A DNA stretch of 64,000 bases. It comes from Candidatus Fimenecus sp. GTDB taxonomy: Bacteria; Bacillota; Clostridia; Oscillospirales; Acutalibacteraceae. The first letter of the stretch is position 1, and each line of letters starts with the position of its first letter. The notes below the pieces were generated by a model, which was not told the origin of the DNA, searched no databases, and worked only from the letters and a program-made list of their open reading frames with translations. Positions 36,616-43,461 of the stretch are shown piece after piece. Made by a program: the position numbers and the translations under genes. Location: assembly GCA_045613585.1 (NCBI GenBank), contig JAZLBG010000107.1:10008-74007 (forward strand), read 5' to 3'.

Positions 36616-36659
36616 AAAAACACCTATGAGGTTATAAAATTAACTTCATAGGTGTTTTT
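36616..36659 (+). terminator. Rho-independent terminator
   Basis: Stem aaaaacacctatga/tcataggtgttttt. Confidence 0.7.
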
Positions 36660-36830
36660 ATATTGCGCTTGATGCTTTTGACTTGTAGGATTTATGCTCC
36701 CATAATATGAATTTTCTAAAGTTATTATAAGAACTCACTTTCAGGGGATGTAATATGTTTTCCTAAAAAAGAAAAGTTAGTTGTTTTCATTTATGTTTAT
36801 AAGAAAAGAATATATAGAATTTTGCAGATT

Positions 36831-36866
36831 TTTGTCACAAAATATTACTTTTAAACGATGTAAATA
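36831..36866 (+). promoter_or_regulatory. Shared island promoter/operator, copy 3
   Basis: tttgtcacaaa at 36831-36841 and cgat at 36856-36859, 16-nt spacing. 44 nt to ATG 36903. Confidence 0.6.
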
Positions 36867-36902
36867 ATGAGACTAATTGTAAAATATTTTGGGGGGATTA
36901 AT

Positions 36903-37859
36903 ATGAACAATCTTAGCTTTACAGCGTGTAGTTTTCATTTTAAAGAAACAAATAGTAAGGGAGATTATCGTATATTTGCTTTAAACAGTAAATATAAATT
37001 TAAAAAAATATCAAATACGATAGAAGCCGATTCTTTTGATATTTTAAAAGGGTTCCTAGAGACTAGAAGCGGCTACATAAATGATGAGAATGAGGAAAAA
37101 CTCTTTTCTTGTAGTTTTGATTCAATGGGTGAAAATGAATACTTTAGATTTCTTATGGGGCGAATTAAATGCGGTTCATATGGATATTTATCGGATGTTG
37201 TTGATATTGATAGCATGAAAACTATCACAAAAATAAAGCCGAATCAAGCACCAATAAAAGATTTTTTGTTTTTTATTGCTATTCCAAAAGATAATAAACG
37301 AGTTACTGTGGAGAAAGGATTACTGTTTTTTCAAAACTATGGACAATTTGGAATTAAAACAATAACACTTAAATATTTACAAGTATATCTCAATCAATTT
37401 CATATAACAATAAAATGTGGTAATATAGCACCTAAACTATTTGTGGACAAGGTATTAACAAAAGAAGCACTTAATAAAATAATATTAATTAAGAACAACA
37501 AATCTCAAGATTTAGCGGATAAAAATTATTTTGGATTTGGACAAGAAACGCGTATTTTGTCACAATTAAAGTTGAATACAAATATATTTGATAAAATTAA
37601 AGGTTATGTGTCCCAAAATCAAACTTTATTCGAACTTGAGGGGCAAGAATATGATGCATTGAAAGTGCAAGTAAGAATAGGAGAACGAGAACGAGTTATT
37701 AATTTAAACAATATTGAAAATTTAAGTATAATAGAATCATTGCCAAATGATTTGATGGATTCGTCTGGTGAAATAGATATAAATAGGGCAATTAATATTT
37801 TCACTGCTAACGCTAAAGATTATTTGTCAGAAATGGTTCTACAAATTACTCAAGATTAA
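36903..37859 (+). CDS. Hypothetical protein (318 aa)
   Basis: ATG 36903 follows a GGGGGGA RBS. No recognisable motif. Confidence 0.6.
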   Translation: MNNLSFTACSFHFKETNSKGDYRIFALNSKYKFKKISNTIEADSFDILKGFLETRSGYINDENEEKLFSCSFDSMGENEYFRFLMGRIKCGSYGYLSDVVDIDSMKTITKIKPNQAPIKDFLFFIAIPKDNKRVTVEKGLLFFQNYGQFGIKTITLKYLQVYLNQFHITIKCGNIAPKLFVDKVLTKEALNKIILIKNNKSQDLADKNYFGFGQETRILSQLKLNTNIFDKIKGYVSQNQTLFELEGQEYDALKVQVRIGERERVINLNNIENLSIIESLPNDLMDSSGEIDINRAINIFTANAKDYLSEMVLQITQD

Positions 37860-37873
37860 AAAGGGTGGTAACG

Positions 37874-38452
37874 ATGAGTGAATTTTTTACCAATCCTGCA
37901 TTATGGATTGGCATAGGTGTTTTTTTTATTATAATATATGCTAATATGAAAACAGATAACTATATTGATATTAGAAGCATTATTAAAAATCATTATTCAA
38001 TATTTGATGGTTCAATAATTCAAATACTCTTTTTTACAATTATTCCTTTATTTTTTGCTATAGGGTTTACCCTAGCACAAACAGTGACAAAAGATATTTA
38101 TGATTGTTTAAATGTCATATTTTCTATTTTTGTTGCTATGTTTTTTTCTATTTTATCAATATTACTTTCAATTTTATCAAAAGATGGAAAAGACGAAGAA
38201 AAAAAGATTAAACAAAATAAGGAATATCTCAAATTAATTGAACAAAGTAATGATACGGTTATTTTCGAAATATTACTTTCAATTGTTTTGTTGTTTATTA
38301 TTTTAATATATAGTTTACTCCCTGAAAATACGGATATCTTTGTTAAAGTTGTTTTTAGTGTAATAATATATTATTTAACTGCTTCAGTACTGTTAAACAT
38401 TTTTATTTTGATTAAGCGATTAAAAGCAATTTTTGATAATCTTAATCAGTAA
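37874..38452 (+). CDS. Small multi-pass membrane protein (192 aa, 4-5 predicted TM helices)
   Basis: Hydrophobic stretches (WIGIGVFFIIIYA, ILFFTIIPLFFAIGFTLA, IFSIFVAMFFSILSILLSIL, ILLSIVLLFIILIYSLL, VVFSVIIYYLTASVLLNIFILI). 14-nt gap after the preceding gene, with an RBS. Confidence 0.65.
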   Translation: MSEFFTNPALWIGIGVFFIIIYANMKTDNYIDIRSIIKNHYSIFDGSIIQILFFTIIPLFFAIGFTLAQTVTKDIYDCLNVIFSIFVAMFFSILSILLSILSKDGKDEEKKIKQNKEYLKLIEQSNDTVIFEILLSIVLLFIILIYSLLPENTDIFVKVVFSVIIYYLTASVLLNIFILIKRLKAIFDNLNQ

Positions 38453-38506
38453 TACTATATGAAACGTATATTATATAAGAATACAAATTCAATAAAAATT
38501 GTTATT

Positions 38507-38533
38507 CAACCCACATTTGTGGGTTGCTTTTTT
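38507..38533 (+). terminator. Rho-independent terminator
   Basis: Stem caacccac/gtgggttg, then cttttttg. Confidence 0.7.
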
Positions 38534-38644
38534 GTTTGTGGTACTTGTTCAACTAACACACTTATTGTAAATAAATACGATAGGAGGATAGAGGTCAAAG
38601 TTAATATTTAATAAAACCTTATTATTTACAAAGGAGTGTTTTAG

Positions 38645-38959
38645 TTGATAAATACAGAAGATTTGAAGCGGATAATGAACGCCAACGAGAATTTATATTA
38701 TGGTCGTAATTATATTAATATCCACGACCATTCGCATAAGTTTGCGGTGATTGATGATGCTTACAATGTCCCGATTATTTTTGTTCACTGTTACAACTAC
38801 ACAGAAGATGAGGCAGAAAAGCTGAGTCGTCTTTTTGATAGTTTCTTCTATTATAAGTTGTATAAATTTCACATGGAAAACAAAATTGTTCTTATGTTTA
38901 TCAACACGGATAAAATGGTAGCGTATATTAACAGAGCAGAGGAGAGTAGTGCTAAATAA
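38645..38959 (+). CDS. Hypothetical small protein (104 aa)
   Basis: TTG start 7 nt after an AAAGGAG RBS. Confidence 0.45.
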   Translation: MINTEDLKRIMNANENLYYGRNYINIHDHSHKFAVIDDAYNVPIIFVHCYNYTEDEAEKLSRLFDSFFYYKLYKFHMENKIVLMFINTDKMVAYINRAEESSAK

Positions 38960-38999
38960 GAAAACAAAGAAAACGCCACTCATTTTTGAGTGGCGTTTT

Positions 39000-39191
39000 T
39001 TAATCCATAAATACACACATATAACTACAGACTGCATTGGAGTCGGGCCAGATTAATCCAATGTAGTTATCTTCTATATTTACAAAACAATCATAATTTT
39101 TATTTTTTCGTAAGATTTTCAAAACTTCGTTGAAATCATTGGGGTTTAGTTCGTGCTCAATACCATTAACGGTGATAAAAATTTTATTCAC
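39000..39191 (-). CDS. Hypothetical small protein (63 aa)
   Basis: GTG start after an AGGAGTGA RBS. Confidence 0.4.
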   Translation of the reverse strand: MNKIFITVNGIEHELNPNDFNEVLKILRKNKNYDCFVNIEDNYIGLIWPDSNAVCSYMCVFMD

Positions 39192-39665
39192 ATCATCACT
39201 CCTTTATATAAGAAGTATGAAATAATAACACATCTTCAAAAGAAATGTTATCTGATAAGGATAATGTTTCTTTTTTCGTTTGTGTGTTGATTATAAAAAT
39301 CATAATAATATTGTAATCAACACACGAGAGGAGATGGCGTTTTAAATGAAGCGGTATTAATTAAATAACCTTGTTTAGGTTGTTGTTTTCTTACCTTACC
39401 TTTCTTTTTTTTACACCGAGGGGAGAGGCGTTGTATTTTTTACAACGTCTCTTTTCTTTTTATAAAATTTTTTAATTTTTCACGTTTTTTCTATATTTGA
39501 AAAAAGCACGCATAAGTAATCTTTCATATTAATTGTAAATAATTACAAAAGGAGTGTTACTTATGCGTTATGAATAACATAATTATTAATTTTTTATATT
39601 TGAAAAATTAATTTCAAAAAATAATTCATATTTAAAACAAATAATTATTTAGGAGTGAATTCTTT

Positions 39666-39884
39666 ATGAAAATTAGTAATAACTATTCATTTGAAAATCT
39701 TGAAAACGAGCTTCTTACAGCTAAAGAGTTAAAACAGGTGATGCGTTGTGGCATCAATAGGGCATATGACCTTTTAAAATCAACAGCTTTCCCTTCAACA
39801 AAAATAGGAGGCCGTTACTACGTAACGACCTCGGCATTAAAAGAATGGCTTGTTATGTATGAGAACAAAGTGTTTTATATTTAA
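39666..39884 (+). CDS. xis: Excisionase-type HTH protein (Xis, HTH_17-like)
   Basis: LTAKELKQVMRCGINRAYDLLKS..FPSTKIGGRYYVTTSALKEWL. Ends overlapping the 3' end of the integrase gene (convergent). Confidence 0.7.
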   Translation: MKISNNYSFENLENELLTAKELKQVMRCGINRAYDLLKSTAFPSTKIGGRYYVTTSALKEWLVMYENKVFYI

Positions 39885-41041
39885 TCCAACAATTTAATTG
39901 TATTCACTTTATCTTCATCTTTAGTGTGTACATATTTATTAATCGTAACACTTACATCCGCATGACCAAGCAGTTTGGAAACAATAGCAATATTCGCATC
40001 TTTTTTGTTGATGAGATTTGTAGCAAATGAATGACGCATTGAGTGAGGACCGTAAATTTTATTTACGGTCTTTCCTTTTTCGTCGACTGCCTTATCCATT
40101 TCCGCTGCATAAAGAATATTTTCAAACATTCTTGCAAAGTTTCTTACAGTGATAGGCGTGCCTTCTGATGTGGAAGAAACATATTCAAAATCTCCGTTGA
40201 GATTATAAAGTCGTTCAAGTGCTTCTTTACACTTTTTACTCATAGGGATTGTTCTTATACTTGATTTAGTTTTTGGTTTGTTTATAACATCCACGTAATT
40301 AGGGTCCGTGGGTGCTTTTTTATTGCGATTTTTTACATGTTGTCTTGTTTTTGTTATAGAAATTGTGTTGTTTTTGAAGTCAATATCATCCCATGTCAGA
40401 GCTAGAAACTCACCTGAACGCATACCAGTTTGACCAAGCACAATGACAGCATCGCCAAGTCGATATACATTTTCTTTTTTACCTGATACGGTGTGCATTT
40501 TGGTAGCTGCTTCATAAATTTTGTTTAATTCTTTTTCAGTGTAAAAAACGATATCGTCAGAGTCTTTTGATGAGGCACTTTCAGGGATTTTAACATCTTC
40601 AAACGGATTGTCTTCATATTTTTTGAGAACTTTGTGGAACCTTAAGGCAGCTTTTAAAGCTTCTTTTGCTTTCTTAATTGTCGACTTGCTAAAACCATCA
40701 TTTGAAAGGTCATTTAACCATTTTTGAACTTTTGTTGATGTTAAAGTTATAACTTGAACTTTACCAATATATGGAATAATTTGATGATTAACTATCTGTT
40801 CTTTGCGGTCAAATGTTGATGCTTTGTTAGCAATACCTTTTTGAATCTCTAACCAATCAGTGACAAGTGTTTCAATATTAGTTTTGCCATAGTCTTCAAC
40901 TAATTTCCGTTGTTTTACATTGTTTTTAAGTTCGGTATAATATTGTTCAGCAGCTTTTCGTGTTGCTTTGACATATTTTTTACCATTAAGATTAAAATAA
41001 TAATTACCATCTTTTCTTTGATGTACGCGTGGGTTAGACAT
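39881..41041 (-). CDS. int: Tyrosine recombinase / integrase
   Basis: TGMRSGE (Arg), HSMRHSFAT (HxxR), LLGHADVSVTINKYVH (His and Tyr). ATG 41041 follows a GGAGG RBS; the track start at 41116 is an upstream extension. Confidence 0.9.
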   Translation of the reverse strand: MSNPRVHQRKDGNYYFNLNGKKYVKATRKAAEQYYTELKNNVKQRKLVEDYGKTNIETLVTDWLEIQKGIANKASTFDRKEQIVNHQIIPYIGKVQVITLTSTKVQKWLNDLSNDGFSKSTIKKAKEALKAALRFHKVLKKYEDNPFEDVKIPESASSKDSDDIVFYTEKELNKIYEAATKMHTVSGKKENVYRLGDAVIVLGQTGMRSGEFLALTWDDIDFKNNTISITKTRQHVKNRNKKAPTDPNYVDVINKPKTKSSIRTIPMSKKCKEALERLYNLNGDFEYVSSTSEGTPITVRNFARMFENILYAAEMDKAVDEKGKTVNKIYGPHSMRHSFATNLINKKDANIAIVSKLLGHADVSVTINKYVHTKDEDKVNTIKLLD

Positions 41042-41106
41042 AATAAAACCTCCTATCAATTTTACTATACCACATAAACTCATATAAATCAATGCTTTTA
41101 AGCAAA

Positions 41107-41127
41107 AATGTACCAAAAATGTACCAA
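41107..41127 (+). promoter_or_regulatory. Tandem AATGTACCAA x2, a candidate integrase arm-type site on the right arm
   Basis: AATGTACCAA at 41107 and 41118, the same decamer pair as at 6506/6518. Confidence 0.4.
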
Positions 41128-41143
41128 TTTAAGCGTTAAAGAT

Positions 41144-41179
41144 AGTGAATTCAAGTGAAGATAAGTGAAAAATAGTGAA
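41144..41179 (+). repeat. Four AGTGAA hexamers phased at exactly 10 bp
   Basis: AGTGAA at 41144, 41154, 41164 and 41174, between the int start and the attR core. Confidence 0.6.
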
Positions 41180-41266
41180 AATCAAAAAGTGCGAAAACCC
41201 TTGATAAATAAGGGACTTTGCGATTTCAAGCTATTTTGAATAGATGGAAGTAAAATATGCTTCACA

Positions 41267-41303
41267 GGTTTTGGAGACCACTGCTCTACCAACTGAGCTA
41301 TAC
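41267..41303. repeat. attR core (37 bp): non-functional copy of tRNA-Trp nt 5-41
   Basis: Identical to 6434..6470. Neither flank continues the tRNA. Confidence 0.85.
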
Positions 41304-41454
41304 TCATAAATCGATAGCTGTTAATACTATATATAATATTAATGTTTTTTAGAATCCAAATGATAACTGTCCTTAAAAATGTACACATTAAAAGTATTTA
41401 TAATTGCATATTTTGATAACTAGTTATATTATGAAATTGAAAAGAGGTAATACC

Positions 41455-43413
41455 ATGATAAGTAAAAACGAAACATTAAAATTTATTGAAACAGTAAAAG
41501 AAAAAGTAGAGAAAGGGGATAAACTTTTAAAATCGCAAGTACCAAAAGTAGTGAAAGATTTATTGAAGTCAAGTAAAACTGCGGAAGAATTTTATCTTGA
41601 ATTTGGAAGACGTTCTTCTGATATTGAAAGTGAATTCAGTAATATTATCTTTCGTGAGGATTGTTATGATTATTTGATGGGGCAAGGAATGTCAGAGAAT
41701 AAAGCATTCAAATTATCAGAAAAAATTCGTAAAGGTATGTTTAAATATCTCGAAGATACAACTGAATACGATAAATTTATTGGTAACTCTTTCAAAAACT
41801 GGGCAAAAGGTGTAAAATATTTACCATACAGAGAATGTTGTGTGGAGGTGTTTGAGGTGTTATACAAAGATAATGAAGATATAAATCGTCGCGGCAAGCA
41901 AGAAGAACAATTTAAAATACTTGCTGATATGATTAGAAATGGTGATTATGAAGAAAATTTGTTGCCAAAACCGAGACACCCTTATGACCATAATTTTGAC
42001 CACAATAGTTGTGATTTCTCATTGAAAAATCCTAAACCAGTTAATGAAAAGAGAATTTGTAGATGTTGGAATTACTACAACAAATCAGTTCATAATGCTA
42101 AATGTTCAGATTGCCCATTTAAGTTCAAGAAAAAGAATGTTGGAAACATTAAGATTGTTGATTTTGAAGTGCCAACAAAGTTTAATATTGCAAAACTTGG
42201 CGAGATTGATTGGCTCTTAAAAGATGGTGATGAGATTTTTGCAACAGAGGTCAAACCACCTGAAAGTACAGAAACTTTAGTGCGAATGATTGCTGAAATT
42301 CTTACATATACAGTTGATTCTGAATATAAACCTGCTATTTGTTTCTTTAGTGGTAGTAAGCAGCATCGTGATTATATCAAATACAAAGATAATGCTTATT
42401 TTCAATATATCATTAAGCAAACAGGAATCTGTGTGCTTTGCATAACATTTGATGAAGATAATTTTGAAATTCATGATGTGGAAAAGAACTCTAAAATAAA
42501 ACAGAATTGTATAGATAAATCTAAATTAAGACTTAATCAGGTGTTGGACTATGCAATAATGCAAGATGAAACCGCAAAGAATTCTGAACTTAAATCAGGC
42601 TACAAAATTGGTAATAGAGTTTATGATAATTATCTTGAAAATAATTGTTTCGATGCTTTTGTTACAAAAATGAAAGAGAAATATCCCACAGCGTATGAGA
42701 TGTTTTGTGCTGGTGGTGGAAAAGAACTGGAAGAAAATCAGTATCCACCTAAAATGGCATCTTTTGGTTCATCAAGCAGAATGATTTTTAATCTTATGAA
42801 AGATGTTCAAGGCTTTCTTTTTGAAGAAAAGTTACCAACAACAATTGGTGGCACAGCTCACCTTGATGGCTTTATGGAAACGGATGATAAATACATATTT
42901 GTTGAAGCAAAATGTCGTGAGCCATATTCTACAAAGAATAATGTTTATGAAAGAAAATATGAAGACTTATATAAATATATAAGTAATTCAGCAAAGTCAA
43001 ACATAAGTTGTGATATTGAAGATATTGAAGGCAATACAAAAGAAATGAAAGTCACTTTCAAGGTGAATAGCAACCCGATTCATAACTTTGATATGAAACA
43101 GATGATTAGCCACTTGCTTGGCGTTGCAACTGCATTTCTCAAAGGTAAATATGAAATCAGAGATATTGAATTTATCTATCTTCTTTTTGACCCAACGACT
43201 ATTGAAATCGCTGACAAAACAGCAAAAACTCAAATTCACGAAACCTATAACAATACTTGTAATGAGTGCAATACAACCGATTTCAAAGCACTTTTTGAAG
43301 TTATCGTAGATTATCTCAAATCTTACAAGAATTGGCCTAAAAATATCAAAACAAGCGATTTGATGAAAAGATTTACATTCAAATTACGTTCACAAAATAA
43401 TATAGATTTATAA
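41455..43413 (+). CDS. Large protein with a PolC-like N-terminal segment and two PD-(D/E)XK-like motifs
   Basis: ATG 41455 follows an AGAGG RBS. IFREDCYDYLMGQGMSENKAFKLSEKIRKG resembles the PolC FR(D/E)D..YL...G....AFK..E.VRKGKG segment. GEIDWLL...FATEVKPP and HLDGFME...IFVEAKCRE are D...ExK motifs. Confidence 0.55.
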   Translation: MISKNETLKFIETVKEKVEKGDKLLKSQVPKVVKDLLKSSKTAEEFYLEFGRRSSDIESEFSNIIFREDCYDYLMGQGMSENKAFKLSEKIRKGMFKYLEDTTEYDKFIGNSFKNWAKGVKYLPYRECCVEVFEVLYKDNEDINRRGKQEEQFKILADMIRNGDYEENLLPKPRHPYDHNFDHNSCDFSLKNPKPVNEKRICRCWNYYNKSVHNAKCSDCPFKFKKKNVGNIKIVDFEVPTKFNIAKLGEIDWLLKDGDEIFATEVKPPESTETLVRMIAEILTYTVDSEYKPAICFFSGSKQHRDYIKYKDNAYFQYIIKQTGICVLCITFDEDNFEIHDVEKNSKIKQNCIDKSKLRLNQVLDYAIMQDETAKNSELKSGYKIGNRVYDNYLENNCFDAFVTKMKEKYPTAYEMFCAGGGKELEENQYPPKMASFGSSSRMIFNLMKDVQGFLFEEKLPTTIGGTAHLDGFMETDDKYIFVEAKCREPYSTKNNVYERKYEDLYKYISNSAKSNISCDIEDIEGNTKEMKVTFKVNSNPIHNFDMKQMISHLLGVATAFLKGKYEIRDIEFIYLLFDPTTIEIADKTAKTQIHETYNNTCNECNTTDFKALFEVIVDYLKSYKNWPKNIKTSDLMKRFTFKLRSQNNIDL

Positions 43414-43417
43414 ACAA

Positions 43418-43455
43418 AAAGCCTTGAGAGTTTTTATAACCCTCAAGGTTTAATT
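43418..43455. terminator. Conserved bidirectional terminator, family copy 3, outside attR
   Basis: aaaagccttgagagttt...ctcaaggtttaatttt; the 5' arm matches copies 1 and 2. Confidence 0.65.
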
Positions 43456-43461
43456 TTATGA

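Larger units (their letters stand above)
6434..41303. mobile_element. ~34.9 kb integrative mobilizable element / defence island inserted at tRNA-Trp
   Basis: Perfect 37-bp direct repeats at 6434..6470 and 41267..41303. Integrase and Xis lie inside the right end; Rep-like and MobV relaxase genes lie inside the left end. Glycoside-hydrolase genes flank both sides. Confidence 0.7.

Noticed and set aside
41182-41388. 68-aa minus-strand ORF across attR
   Set aside because: It overlaps the tRNA-Trp fragment and att core and has no RBS.
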